A stretch of 64,000 bases of DNA from Promethearchaeota archaeon (GTDB taxonomy: Archaea; Asgardarchaeota; Lokiarchaeia; Sigyniarchaeales; SOKP01): contig JAEOSU010000080.1 in NCBI GenBank assembly GCA_016840165.1, positions 150,036-214,035 of the forward strand, read 5' to 3'. Position 1 is the first letter of the stretch. Every line of letters starts with the position of its first letter. The position numbers were made by a program, and so were the translations under genes. The notes beneath the pieces were generated by a model, which searched no databases, was not told where the DNA came from, and was given only the letters and a program-made list of their open reading frames with translations. Positions 29,781-40,479 of the stretch are shown one piece after another.

Positions 29781-31820
29781 ATGAAATTTTCTAATTTTGA
29801 TGTATACGCCATTAGTAAAGAACTGGATTCTATTCTCTCTGAAGCAAGAATTACTAATATCTATGAAGTTGAAGACCTTTTAATCTTAAAAATTCACACC
29901 AGAACATTTGGGAAAATGAATTTAATAATAAAAGATGATTCCCGAATTAATATCACAGAATATGAGTATCCTATACCAAAATATCCTACGCAATTTACAC
30001 GGTCTCTCAGAAAGTTTCTTAAAAATAGGAAAATAATATCTGTTTCTCAATATAAATTTGATCGAATTATTATAATCGAACTAAGTAGTTTTAATTCGGA
30101 CTCTTGGAAATTTGTTATAGAGCTTTTTAATAAAGGTAATTACATCCTATTGAATGAGTATAATGTCATAAAAATTGCTAAAAGTTATAAAAAATTTAGG
30201 GATAGAGATATTTTAGCTAACAGAGAATATTCATTTCCTTTATCAAGAGGGGAAAGTTTCTTATTATTAAAGGAGGAGGATTTTTTAGATCTGATATCGA
30301 ATGCTGAAGGTGAAATTGTACGAGTGTTAGCAAACTTAATCTCATTTTCTGGTTTATATAGTGAAGAAATATGCTTTCGAGCCAACGTCGAAAAAAGTAA
30401 AAACGTCAAAGATCTTAATATGAATGAAAAAAAAGAGCTATTTAATAATTTTAAAATCTTGAGAAATGAAATTCTATTTGGAGAAATAAAAGCTCATATA
30501 GTATATGATGAAGAGAGAAATCCAATTCACGTATTTCCCATTGAATTAGAGTTGTTTAAAGATTTTGAAAAAGAATATTTTGATTCTTTTAATAAAGCAG
30601 TTGATAAATTCTATTCTAGATTAGACTCACAAGATTTAAAACAACCTTATGATGCAAAAATTAACCAGAAACTAGTTGAACAAGAGAAAATTTTGAAAAG
30701 ACAAAGTGAATATTTGAAGGAGTTAAAGGAAGAGAAGATTAAATATTATGAGTATGGAGATTTTATTTATACTAACCTAAACGCCTTAGAGAGATTATTT
30801 GGAGTAATAAAAGGAGCTAGAAATAAAGGTTACAATTATTACGAGATAAGTGATATATTAAAAGAGGCAAAGGAAAATAATATAGACGATCTTGAATTAT
30901 TCCTAAAAATTAACCCCAGAACTAAAAAGATATTTGTTAATGTTAATAAAACTGAAGTTAAGTTAGATTTAATGAAAAGTGTGGGAGAAAACGCGAACAT
31001 TTTCTATAATAGGGGGAAAAAAATAGAGAAAAAAATTATTGGTACTTTAAAAGCTATTTCTGAGACTGAAGAACAAATAGAAAACCTGAAGGATGAAAAA
31101 CTACAATTGGATGAAAAAGTAGAGGTTTTAATTAAACCTCCAAAAAAGAAATGGTTTGAAAAATATAGGTGGTTTATATCTTCAGAGCAATTTTTAGTGA
31201 TCGGAGGGAAAGATGCAAGTTCAAACGAAGCTATTTTTAAAAAACATTTAGATACGCACGATATCGTTCTTCATACGAATTTCCCTGGATCTCCTTTATT
31301 GATTATTAAAAACCTAAAAAATGATATTATCCCTGAAAATACAATAAAGGAAGCAGCAGAATTTGTTGCTAGTTATTCACGAGCTTGGAAGGAGAACTGG
31401 GGAGTAATCGATGTTTTTTATGTTAAACCAGAGCAAGTTTCTAAATCGCCCCCATCTGGTGAATTTTTACCGAAAGGCTCTTTTATGATTTCAGGAAAAA
31501 AGAATTTTATTAAAAACACCAAAACTCAATTAGCAATTGCATTAAAATTTATCAGAAGAACTGAAGGGAGTGGTAATGGTGAGGAGATTTATTATCCAAA
31601 AATCATAATTGGTCCAATTTCTGCTATTAAAACCAGATATGATTCCTATTTAATGATTAAACCTTCCAAATCAGGTTATAATAAAGGAAAGATTGCTAGC
31701 GAAATTAAAACTATTTTTCTTAACATCTCTAGCAAGGAGAAAAAGAAATGGGTGGATCTTCTCTCGTTAGATGATATTGTCAATATTCTCCCAGCTGGAT
31801 TATCAGAGATCGAGAAGTAG
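29781..31820 (+). CDS. rqcH: Ribosome quality control factor Rqc2/NEMF (NFACT family)
   Basis: LRKFL, FDRI, ELF..GN, WFEKYRWF, GGKDA..NE, SKSPPSGEFLPKGSFMI. Confidence 0.93.
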   Translation: MKFSNFDVYAISKELDSILSEARITNIYEVEDLLILKIHTRTFGKMNLIIKDDSRINITEYEYPIPKYPTQFTRSLRKFLKNRKIISVSQYKFDRIIIIELSSFNSDSWKFVIELFNKGNYILLNEYNVIKIAKSYKKFRDRDILANREYSFPLSRGESFLLLKEEDFLDLISNAEGEIVRVLANLISFSGLYSEEICFRANVEKSKNVKDLNMNEKKELFNNFKILRNEILFGEIKAHIVYDEERNPIHVFPIELELFKDFEKEYFDSFNKAVDKFYSRLDSQDLKQPYDAKINQKLVEQEKILKRQSEYLKELKEEKIKYYEYGDFIYTNLNALERLFGVIKGARNKGYNYYEISDILKEAKENNIDDLELFLKINPRTKKIFVNVNKTEVKLDLMKSVGENANIFYNRGKKIEKKIIGTLKAISETEEQIENLKDEKLQLDEKVEVLIKPPKKKWFEKYRWFISSEQFLVIGGKDASSNEAIFKKHLDTHDIVLHTNFPGSPLLIIKNLKNDIIPENTIKEAAEFVASYSRAWKENWGVIDVFYVKPEQVSKSPPSGEFLPKGSFMISGKKNFIKNTKTQLAIALKFIRRTEGSGNGEEIYYPKIIIGPISAIKTRYDSYLMIKPSKSGYNKGKIASEIKTIFLNISSKEKKKWVDLLSLDDIVNILPAGLSEIEK

Positions 31821-31894
31821 AATTATAGAAAATAAAAATCTTCTTAAAGTTTATTTTTATCAACCATTCTTAACTACTTTAAAAATTTACTTTA

Positions 31895-32305
31895 TTATTG
31901 AACAAAGTAAAAATAAGCAATGATAACTATCAAGCCAAAAAATGTGAAACCAAAGACCCATGAATTTCTGTAAGCTTGGATTAAGGATAAAATAAATAAT
32001 AGAAGCACTATCTTAAAATCTAAAGGTTTACCAGACAGTTCTTTGTAATTTCCAATACTAATCATGCCAAAAAGAAAGAAAAGTAAAATTACCAAGGTTT
32101 TGATAATGATATCGATATAAAACCAAATTGTATTTTCAATCATAAAGATAGTTATTATCTGAGTATTGAATAAAAGAGAAATGACTAATAATATACCACT
32201 GATAATTGCGGTCAAAAGTACACTCTTATATGCAAATTCTTCATCCAGTTTTGATTTCACAATACTTTTTTTTGATCTAGTATCGTTCTTCTTAAATTTA
32301 GACAT
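31895..32305 (-). CDS. Hypothetical 4-TM membrane protein
   Basis: Hydrophobic segments. Confidence 0.65.
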   Translation of the reverse strand: MSKFKKNDTRSKKSIVKSKLDEEFAYKSVLLTAIISGILLVISLLFNTQIITIFMIENTIWFYIDIIIKTLVILLFFLFGMISIGNYKELSGKPLDFKIVLLLFILSLIQAYRNSWVFGFTFFGLIVIIAYFYFVQ

Positions 32306-32307
32306 TG

Positions 32308-33123
32308 TTAACTTCTTATTTTTTCAATTTTACCTTTCAATTTAATAATTTGGAATATATAATATCCATACAGAGATCCTATCACGGTAAAGATTATTGA
32401 TGCTAAAGTTATATAGATGAGCTCTTCTGCGGAAATAATGGGATTATAAGCATAAAATTGAACGAATAATGAAACTACGTTCATTAATATAATCCCCTCA
32501 TCATAATTTTGCGACTCTCCGAAAATAATCATAAAGGGTGAGTAAATTCCAGCTTCAATCCTGATATCCTGATCCCCTCCTTCTGAACTTTCTACAGGAA
32601 GTTGAAATTCATAAACAATACTTTCTCCATCTGAATCTAGTTGAGCAGCACCTACTCCATTAATTTCTGAATCTTCATAAAAGCTTGATTCATTGATATA
32701 ATAATCCCGGTATTCAAAATCTCCTTTACTTAAGTTTAAAAATTGAATTATTTTTGCATCTTCATAATCTAAAGGATCTAAAGATTCATCTTCAGAGGTT
32801 AATATTCCAATAAACTCATTAGTTTGATGTTCTGTTAATTCAAATAAAATCGCTAAATACAGAAAGAGTTCATGCTGAACAATCCAAAGATCAATTTCTA
32901 GTCCATCTTCTGTATTAGAAAGATTCTGATAGAGAAAGATTTTAGTTTTTATGGCATCATTCCATTCATCAACTTCTTTATCAATGTGTCCATCAATTAT
33001 TGGTTGTGTTCCAAATTCTAAAATGATCTCTGTATCTGCTCCAAGAGCACTCATTACTGAGGAAAATGAAATTAATAATATAATGAAAAATGAAAAAATT
33101 TTATTAATGTTATTATTCTTCAA
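32308..33123 (-). CDS. Secreted, membrane-anchored protein with CBM9/DOMON-like domain
   Basis: Signal peptide; PIIDG....EW; YEFQLP; C-terminal TM. Confidence 0.65.
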   Translation of the reverse strand: MKNNNINKIFSFFIILLISFSSVMSALGADTEIILEFGTQPIIDGHIDKEVDEWNDAIKTKIFLYQNLSNTEDGLEIDLWIVQHELFLYLAILFELTEHQTNEFIGILTSEDESLDPLDYEDAKIIQFLNLSKGDFEYRDYYINESSFYEDSEINGVGAAQLDSDGESIVYEFQLPVESSEGGDQDIRIEAGIYSPFMIIFGESQNYDEGIILMNVVSLFVQFYAYNPIISAEELIYITLASIIFTVIGSLYGYYIFQIIKLKGKIEKIRS

Positions 33124-33448
33124 TTTACAGAGCCACTGTAGTTGAGATTTATTAGTTAGAATATTTTAAATCTTAAAATTGATAATTAAATTTGGTTTTT
33201 TAATTTTCTTATACCTTCATAAATTCAAACAGTATTTTTAAAATTTCATGAAAAAATAAGAAATTATGCAATATCATGATAATAATTGAAGCTATGATCA
33301 TAATCAAAGAGCGATGGATTCTTTGATAATTTATTAATAGATATCCCTAATAATTATTAAGTTGTTAAAAATACAAGCACTAAGAAGATTTCTTATCAAA
33401 ATATTAAAAAATATTAGCTTTTTATAGATAGATTTAGAATTACTCTAA

Positions 33449-34000
33449 ATGTTAATAGATATTGTTTCTGATTTATATCAATTACTCGACATTATCTCTA
33501 TGCACTTTTTCCCACTTTTATTTTTAGTATTAAAATACTTTATTTCTTTTATTTTACTCTCTATAGGGATTTTATATTTACTGAGCCTTAAAGGAATTTT
33601 CTTGAAGAAGAAATTATATAATAAATATAATGACAATGATTTCAATAACCTGAGAATTATAATAGGAGTTACATTCATAATATTAGCTTTTGGCATCCTT
33701 TTTAATTACTTAATCTATTTTTTTATTTGGCTTTTTCAATATTTTGATGGATTTCTTCTTGTTATAATAAACTTTTTTCTTGGGAGTTCTTTTTTGAATA
33801 CTCTTAAACTTAATAACCTCATAAGCCAAGGAATAGCATTAGGTTCGTTTGTCGCGATATTACAATTTATCCTCGCAATTTTTTATTTCCTTAATGATAG
33901 AATTGTTTTGATGAGCTCTAAGAATGCCTCATCTTTATTTATAACCTCCGTTATCAGTATTTTATTATTTGGATTTGAATGTTTACCTTATTTGCTATAG
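33449..34000 (+). CDS. Hypothetical multi-TM protein
   Basis: About 4-5 hydrophobic helices. Confidence 0.6.
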   Translation: MLIDIVSDLYQLLDIISMHFFPLLFLVLKYFISFILLSIGILYLLSLKGIFLKKKLYNKYNDNDFNNLRIIIGVTFIILAFGILFNYLIYFFIWLFQYFDGFLLVIINFFLGSSFLNTLKLNNLISQGIALGSFVAILQFILAIFYFLNDRIVLMSSKNASSLFITSVISILLFGFECLPYLL

Positions 34001-34260
34001 TTTCATAAATTAAGAAAAAGTCAGTTGTAAAAAGCCTAAAAACTATAAATGAATATTTTAGTATTACAAAATAAAGAGCGAAAGATTTATATAACTAATG
34101 TACATATAATTATGTTGCATTCAGTCTTTTCAGTCACGAATCAGTAGTAATAGAATTAAAATCAGTTTTCAATTAATTTATACGGGTTATAATTGAGATA
34201 CTTGGTTTAGTTTATTTAGATTAGGTTAAAGTATTATATAAAATATTTGAGGTTTTAAGT

Positions 34261-35148
34261 ATGGAAGTTAAATCAGAAATTAGTAATTTATCAAATTTAT
34301 GCCCAGAATGTGGAGGAAAAACTATTCCCATTCAAGAAAAGGGTGAGATTGTATGTAGTCAATGCGGTTTAGTAGTTAACGAGAGAGTTATGGATGTCTC
34401 CCATAGTGGAAAAAGAGCTTTTACAAAACAAGAAAAAGAGCAGAGAGAGAGAACGGGATCTCCTATTTCTATTCTATTGCCTGATATGGGATTAAGTACA
34501 ATTATAGATAAATCTAACATAAAGAGTCCCGATTTAAAAAGAGCCGCAAAGTGGAATTCTCGAATGACATGGGATAAAAGAAACATGTTAATTGCCACGA
34601 CTGAATTGAAGAGAATTGGGAGTAATCTTAATTTACCAAATCATATAAAAAAAACAGCAATCAGATTATATATTGAAGCATTTAAAAAGAAATTACTAAG
34701 AGGACGTTCTATTAATGGTATGGTCGCTGCTTGTCTATATTTTGCCTGTAGGGAAAGCAAAATTCCAAGGACACTTCAAGAGATCTTAGAAGAAACGTCT
34801 GTAGATGCAAAAAGTGTGAGAAGGTGTTATAGAACCATTATTCGTGAATTAAATTTAAAAGCGCCTTCTACAGATCCGATTTCCTTGATACCACGATTTA
34901 TTGCTGAGTTAAATTTAGATGCTGTAGCTGAAAAAGCTACGATTAGAGTATTAACATCCTTTATTAAGAAGTTTTCCACAAGTGGCAAAGACCCTAAAGG
35001 GTTATGCGCTGGAGCGCTATATTTGGTTTGCAAATTTAAAGATAAGAGAATATCTCAAAAAGAAATAGCAAATATAGTTGGAGTGACAGAAGTTACTCTT
35101 CGTTCAAGGTACAAGGAATTAGTCACTAAGTTAAATCTGAAGTTTTAA
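34261..35148 (+). CDS. tfb: Transcription initiation factor TFB
   Basis: CPECG..CSQCG ribbon; LRGRS; GKDPKG; VTEVTLR.RYKEL. Confidence 0.96.
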   Translation: MEVKSEISNLSNLCPECGGKTIPIQEKGEIVCSQCGLVVNERVMDVSHSGKRAFTKQEKEQRERTGSPISILLPDMGLSTIIDKSNIKSPDLKRAAKWNSRMTWDKRNMLIATTELKRIGSNLNLPNHIKKTAIRLYIEAFKKKLLRGRSINGMVAACLYFACRESKIPRTLQEILEETSVDAKSVRRCYRTIIRELNLKAPSTDPISLIPRFIAELNLDAVAEKATIRVLTSFIKKFSTSGKDPKGLCAGALYLVCKFKDKRISQKEIANIVGVTEVTLRSRYKELVTKLNLKF

Positions 35149-35735
35149 GTCTCTTGATTTTTTTTTTGTAATAATATTTTTAGAAAATCTGGATATGTTA
35201 GTAAATAACTCTGAGCATTAGGCAATTGTTGCTTTATTTTAATAAATAACTGAGAATAATGCTCTGCTCTATCTTTTTGTTTAAGCATTTCATTTCTAGT
35301 TTGTTCTCTAATTGGTTCTACCGGTATTCCTTTTAACACAGATCTGGCAGGTATAGTTAAACCGGGAGGGACTTCACTTTTATTAAGAATTATTGAACCC
35401 TCACCTATAGAAGTTTCTTCATATATTAGACTTCCTTCCATTACTTGAACATAATCTTCCATGAAGCATCCTAAAATGGTAACACCTGATTCAATAATGC
35501 AATATCGCCCTATATGAATTGAGCTCTTCTGCAATCTTGTAAACAGCATTACTCCATTAAATATTGTAGAATACTCCCCTATATTAATTTGGGAACTTTC
35601 GCCTCGAATTATAGATCCTGGCCAAATTACGGCATTATCATTTACTTTGACGTTTCCAATTAAAGTTGAAAGTGGTGAAACATAAGCATTACTACTAATC
35701 TCAGGTTTTTTTCCATTATACTCTAATAGTACCAT
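35145..35735 (-). CDS. Gamma-carbonic anhydrase-like left-handed beta-helix protein lacking Zn-ligand histidines
   Basis: Hexapeptide repeats; IWPGSIIRG; KGIP. Confidence 0.85.
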   Translation of the reverse strand: MVLLEYNGKKPEISSNAYVSPLSTLIGNVKVNDNAVIWPGSIIRGESSQINIGEYSTIFNGVMLFTRLQKSSIHIGRYCIIESGVTILGCFMEDYVQVMEGSLIYEETSIGEGSIILNKSEVPPGLTIPARSVLKGIPVEPIREQTRNEMLKQKDRAEHYSQLFIKIKQQLPNAQSYLLTYPDFLKILLQKKNQET

Positions 35736-35862
35736 TATTATCTACTTCTGATATTACAATATATTCTGAATAACAATAAGATAATTTTAATAAATTTAAA
35801 TTTATTTATTTAAATAAGATTTCTGATAAAAATAGTAATTATGGGTCTTAAAACTTAAAAAA

Positions 35863-36684
35863 TTAGAGAGTAGTATATTTTTTTAGTGGATTTCTTGAAT
35901 TATAAACGTAAAATTCATCATAGGGAAACTTCAAACTTAGAAAATTGCATAGTTTACTCAAAGCTAATAATTCACAATTAAAAAATGAAAACTCAATAAG
36001 ATTTATACCTAAATCAAATGCATAACTAATTGTAGATTTATTTGTTTTTTCAGTGATATAACAATCACATCCTTCACTCAAAAGTTCATGAAAATTCCTA
36101 ATGAAAAGATCCTCACCACTTACAATACAAATACTATTTATTTCTTTTTTTAATTCTCCAAGGTAAAGAATGGATTTAATATTTAAATTTGAATCTATCC
36201 TATGAATTAATTTTTCTAAAGTAAATCTTTCATTTGAATCAGGATAAAGATTTGGAATGCATATTCTACCAATTGGAATATGAAAACCTTTATAGTTCTT
36301 AATTTCAAATGGATGATCTAATTTTAAGTATAAAGCATCCATTATTGTATTACTAATCCCCCCTTCAGCAATGTAAAAGGGGTAACCCAAAACAAAAATT
36401 GAGATAGGATATTTTGAGAGTATCGATAATTTATTTATTAAATTTGGTTTAAAATTCTTAATCGATTCACTAACTAACCCATTGAGTGAAATAATGAGAT
36501 TTATTTTATTTTTAACTGCAAAATATAAAGCTTTTAAACTCAAATCAACTGTAAGCATTACTCGTTTTATTGATTTCTCATTATTGTAATCGCCATAATG
36601 AAAGCCATATATTTCTGAATCTATTTGAAACTGCTCAGGAGCTACCTCCTTTTTAATAAATGAGCTTAATTCTTTTAAATACAT
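35863..36684 (-). CDS. Nif3/YbgI-like protein, degenerate metal sites
   Basis: IKRVMLTVDL, NLII, IGRI, CDCYIT; His motifs absent. Confidence 0.75.
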   Translation of the reverse strand: MYLKELSSFIKKEVAPEQFQIDSEIYGFHYGDYNNEKSIKRVMLTVDLSLKALYFAVKNKINLIISLNGLVSESIKNFKPNLINKLSILSKYPISIFVLGYPFYIAEGGISNTIMDALYLKLDHPFEIKNYKGFHIPIGRICIPNLYPDSNERFTLEKLIHRIDSNLNIKSILYLGELKKEINSICIVSGEDLFIRNFHELLSEGCDCYITEKTNKSTISYAFDLGINLIEFSFFNCELLALSKLCNFLSLKFPYDEFYVYNSRNPLKKYTTL

Positions 36685-36820
36685 TAAAATCCAATTTTTT
36701 ATTAAACATAATGAGGAACTATAAAAAAAAAGAAACTCTGTAATGATTTTTAATATTAAATATTGTTAATATTTAATATATTTCAATATAATATTATGAA
36801 AAAAATCAAGTGAACTTTAA

Positions 36821-37234
36821 ATGGAAGAAAAGAATTGTATTTTCTGTCAAATCGTCAATAAAGAAGTTGCCTCAAAAATTATATATGAAAATGAATATAA
36901 TATTGCTTTTCTGGATATTTTTCCTATTGGAGAAGGCCATACTATAGTAATACCAAAAAAACATTACAATAATATTGAAGTCATTCCTGAGAAAGATTTG
37001 ATTGAAATTATAAAAACCATTAAATACTTGTCAAAGTTGCTTCATGATAAATTAAATTTCGATGGATATAATATTCTTCAAAATAATTTCAAAGCTGCGG
37101 GTCAAGTTGTGCAACATTTTCATTTTCATATAATTCCTAGAAATTTTAATGATTCTAGATTCAGATTAGCTATTCCACGAGAAAAAGCAAGTGATAACGA
37201 TTTAAATCAAATTATGAAGAAGATTAAGGCTTAA
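36821..37234 (+). CDS. HIT family nucleotide hydrolase
   Basis: CIFC, AFLDI.P..GH, GQVVQHFHFHIIP. Confidence 0.95.
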   Translation: MEEKNCIFCQIVNKEVASKIIYENEYNIAFLDIFPIGEGHTIVIPKKHYNNIEVIPEKDLIEIIKTIKYLSKLLHDKLNFDGYNILQNNFKAAGQVVQHFHFHIIPRNFNDSRFRLAIPREKASDNDLNQIMKKIKA

Positions 37235-37318
37235 ATGCTTACTAGTTATAAATACATGGGATTTAAAAATATTGATTTATAACTTTGATTAGTATAGCTT
37301 TAATATTGAGGTTCAATA

Positions 37319-37513
37319 ATGAAAAGTTTATTTAATAACCTAAAAAAAAAGATACATAATTTTCTCAAGGATGATTTCGGGGGGAATCTAATTGAATATG
37401 CTCTTCTTATAGGTTTTGCTCTATTTCTATTTTTTTTAATTGTAGGAATTGTTACTAATCTCTTAGATTGGACTCTGGGACTCAAAGACGACTTTTTTAA
37501 TCTTTTTGGTTAG
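37319..37513 (+). CDS. Flp/Fap-type prepilin
   Basis: Basic leader ..FLKDDFG|GNLIEYALL + hydrophobic helix; E5-Y6 Flp motif; 64 aa. Confidence 0.85.
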   Translation: MKSLFNNLKKKIHNFLKDDFGGNLIEYALLIGFALFLFFLIVGIVTNLLDWTLGLKDDFFNLFG

Positions 37514-37892
37514 TTACTTTCTTTTCTACAAAATTTTCTATGATTTTAAGATTAAATTTATCAGTCCAAATATGTAGATTATTTAAAACAAACATTTTAT
37601 CAACATTAATGTATTCAATAAAATCATCCAAAGGTATTCTATTAGCACCTTTAAATAAATTAATAATTTTTTTATTAATTTCAGAATCTTCAGGTGGAAA
37701 TAAACTTCTCTTTTTAGCTTTCAATCTTTCTAGAATATCATCAAACCTGCCATAATCAAAAAAATGTTCCACTATTCGACTGATTACTGCAGCTGGGCTA
37801 TTTCCAAATACACCTACAAGTTCTTCCACTTGATTCATACTACTTTTACTCAATGTAACAGTTGTTCTTAATGTTTCTATCATAAAGTACAA
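37497..37892 (-). CDS. Ribbon-helix-helix-like DNA-binding protein
   Basis: RTTVTL....VEELVG.FG.S.A.VI. Confidence 0.6.
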   Translation of the reverse strand: MYFMIETLRTTVTLSKSSMNQVEELVGVFGNSPAAVISRIVEHFFDYGRFDDILERLKAKKRSLFPPEDSEINKKIINLFKGANRIPLDDFIEYINVDKMFVLNNLHIWTDKFNLKIIENFVEKKVTNQKD

Positions 37893-38083
37893 TTTTTATT
37901 AATTTAAGTTCAATAATACGAATATTTTTGTCGCTTATAAACTTATGCTAAATGATGATAATAATGCATAAATAAGCATCTTTTTATATTTAATGATTCT
38001 ATATTATATTAAAGAACATGTTTTAGAGATTTTAGCTAAAATGTCGAAAATATGTCGAATTCTTTATTGAATAAAAGATCAAT

Positions 38084-38350
38084 GTGGAGGAAAAAAATAT
38101 GGCTAATAAAGTAATAATGAGCAATTTTGAAAAAAAGGACTTTGTTACTCCATTGCAAAATAATTTAATAAAAGTTCTTGAGAAAGATGGTCCTATTACA
38201 CGAAGAGAGTTGGTTAAAGTTTTGAAAATTCCAAGAACAACGATTTATGATAATCTTTTAAAGTTACAGAGAAGAAAGTTAATTGAAAAATTCTCAAGAA
38301 ATAATGGAAGAAGAGGTAGACCTTTGGTTTTCTGGAGAATTAAAGAATAA
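38084..38350 (+). CDS. Winged HTH transcriptional regulator (TrmB-like)
   Basis: IPRTTIYDNL..L; GRRGRP. Confidence 0.85.
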   Translation: MEEKNMANKVIMSNFEKKDFVTPLQNNLIKVLEKDGPITRRELVKVLKIPRTTIYDNLLKLQRRKLIEKFSRNNGRRGRPLVFWRIKE

Positions 38351-38601
38351 TAAAATTCATTTTTTTCATTATATTTTTTTATTTAAGATACTGCATTATT
38401 TCGACTGCAAATTTTATAATTAAATAATAAAAAAATGTATTAGATAATAATATAATGAAATGGATCCCAGTTTAGAATTATTTTATAATATTTAAATATC
38501 GTTATTAACATTTTAACTATCTTTTAGGCTTTAAAAGCATTTAATTTTTCCATGGGAAATTTTGCAGACAGACTTAAACTATAGATCGCATAAAAGTTGG
38601 T

Positions 38602-40392
38602 TTATTTAGGTATATAATAGTATTCATTTATTCTTTTTTGATAATCATCCTTGTTACTTCCGATTTTATTTACCCGTGGTCTTTTAGTAACCGAATCTCG
38701 TCTAAAAGTGATATCCATAATTTTCAGAAATGCATTAAAACCATCTCTTAGATTTTGTGGTACCCCTGCTATTCCATTTAGTCCAGGATTTCCTTTAAAG
38801 ACAAGAATAGAATCAGCAATGAAATCTTGAGTAATTATATCATGTTCAACTACGAAAGCTGCTTTTTTTAATTCTTCTATCGACTTTCTTAATAATTGAG
38901 CAACTTGCAATCTCATTTCAACATCTAAAAATGCTGATGGTTCATCAAATAAGTAAAGATCTGCTTCTGTCATCAAACATTTTGCTATGGCGACCCTCTG
39001 CAATTCACCACCGCTCAATTCAGAGATCATTCGCTCTTTTATATTTTCCAAATTTAAGTTATTAATTAATCTTTTTTTATATGACTGACTCAAATGTGAG
39101 CTAAGCTTAATACTTTTAATAACTTGACTAATACTTTCTTCATTTTCCATCTTTATATATTGAGGTTTAACGGATACCTTTAGGTTTTCTCCTTTATTTT
39201 CTTTGATATTATTTGATATGATATTAATAAATGTTGTCTTTCCGATTCCATTAGGCCCTAATATACCAATAATCTCACCTAAATGTATTTCACTACCTTT
39301 TACTTCTAGCTGAAAATCTCCTTGAGAGACTTCTAAATCATCATAAGAAAATAAGATATCTCCTGAGCCAAATAATGAATCTAACGGAGGACGTGCATGA
39401 AATTTAATTGGTTCTTCACGAAATCTTAAATTTTCATCTTTAATATATCCATTAAGGTATATATTAATTCCCACGCGTACTCCTTGGGGGTGAGATAAAA
39501 TACCATATACTCCAGGAATCCCATAAAATAATGAAACATAATCGCTTAAATAATCTAATATCGCAAGATCATGTTCAACCACTATTACAATCTTATCGTT
39601 GTCAGTTAACGATCTAATTAATTTTGCCATATTAATCCTTTCACTGACGTCTAAGTAGGAGCTAGGTTCGTCTATAAGATATACATCCCCATCTTTTAGA
39701 TAAGCTGCAGCAGTAGCAACTCTCTGCAATTCACCACCTGAGAGAACTTCAATTTCTCTTTCTAAGATCTCGTTTAAGTTTAAATCATCAACAATTTTAT
39801 CAAGCTTATCATCAAAATCGTTTTTCTTAAGTAAATCATATACTTTACCCGATACGTATTTAGGAATATTAGTAATATCTTGGGGTTTGTGTATAATTTT
39901 TAAGTTTTCTTTTTGTAAATCAACAAAATATTGTTGGAGTTCAGAACCTTTAAAAAAATCAATAATTTCATCATCTTTCGGGACATCACCATTAAACCTA
40001 CCAAAGTTTATCCTTATATCTCCTGACAATATTTTAAGCATTGTACTCTTTCCAATGCCATTTTGCCCAATCAAACCTAACACTTTCCCTTTTTTTGGAA
40101 TTGCCATTCGAAATAAAGTGAATTGATCTGGACCATAACGGTAAGTAATCTGATTCTTGAGGGGATCAGGTAAATTAACAATACTTATTGCATTAAAAGG
40201 ACATTTCTTTATACAAATACCACATCCAGTACATAGATTTTCAATAATTTCTACATTTTTTCCGTCTGGACTTAACACTATGGTGTTATCTCCTGTTCTT
40301 ACTCTTGGACAATATTTTATACATGGTTTCTCTCCAAATGGACTGCATTTTTCTGGTTTACATCGATCTTTATTAAGAACGGCTATTCTCAT
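38602..40392 (-). CDS. rli1: Ribosome recycling ATPase ABCE1/Rli1
   Basis: N-terminal Fe-S cysteines; two NBDs with LSGGELQ; TFRRD..RPRVNK. Confidence 0.98.
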   Translation of the reverse strand: MRIAVLNKDRCKPEKCSPFGEKPCIKYCPRVRTGDNTIVLSPDGKNVEIIENLCTGCGICIKKCPFNAISIVNLPDPLKNQITYRYGPDQFTLFRMAIPKKGKVLGLIGQNGIGKSTMLKILSGDIRINFGRFNGDVPKDDEIIDFFKGSELQQYFVDLQKENLKIIHKPQDITNIPKYVSGKVYDLLKKNDFDDKLDKIVDDLNLNEILEREIEVLSGGELQRVATAAAYLKDGDVYLIDEPSSYLDVSERINMAKLIRSLTDNDKIVIVVEHDLAILDYLSDYVSLFYGIPGVYGILSHPQGVRVGINIYLNGYIKDENLRFREEPIKFHARPPLDSLFGSGDILFSYDDLEVSQGDFQLEVKGSEIHLGEIIGILGPNGIGKTTFINIISNNIKENKGENLKVSVKPQYIKMENEESISQVIKSIKLSSHLSQSYKKRLINNLNLENIKERMISELSGGELQRVAIAKCLMTEADLYLFDEPSAFLDVEMRLQVAQLLRKSIEELKKAAFVVEHDIITQDFIADSILVFKGNPGLNGIAGVPQNLRDGFNAFLKIMDITFRRDSVTKRPRVNKIGSNKDDYQKRINEYYYIPK

Positions 40393-40479
40393 TATTGATC
40401 ACTAAAATTTGAAATGAAAAATGATAAATAATTTTTATCATTTAATTATTAAAGAGTTTCGCTTATTTTGGTGTAGAAT

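Noticed and set aside
33285-33330. Palindrome TATGATCATA and inverted repeat ATCAAAGA/TCTTTGAT
   Set aside because: Could be regulator sites, but short AT-rich repeats are expected by chance; no supporting context
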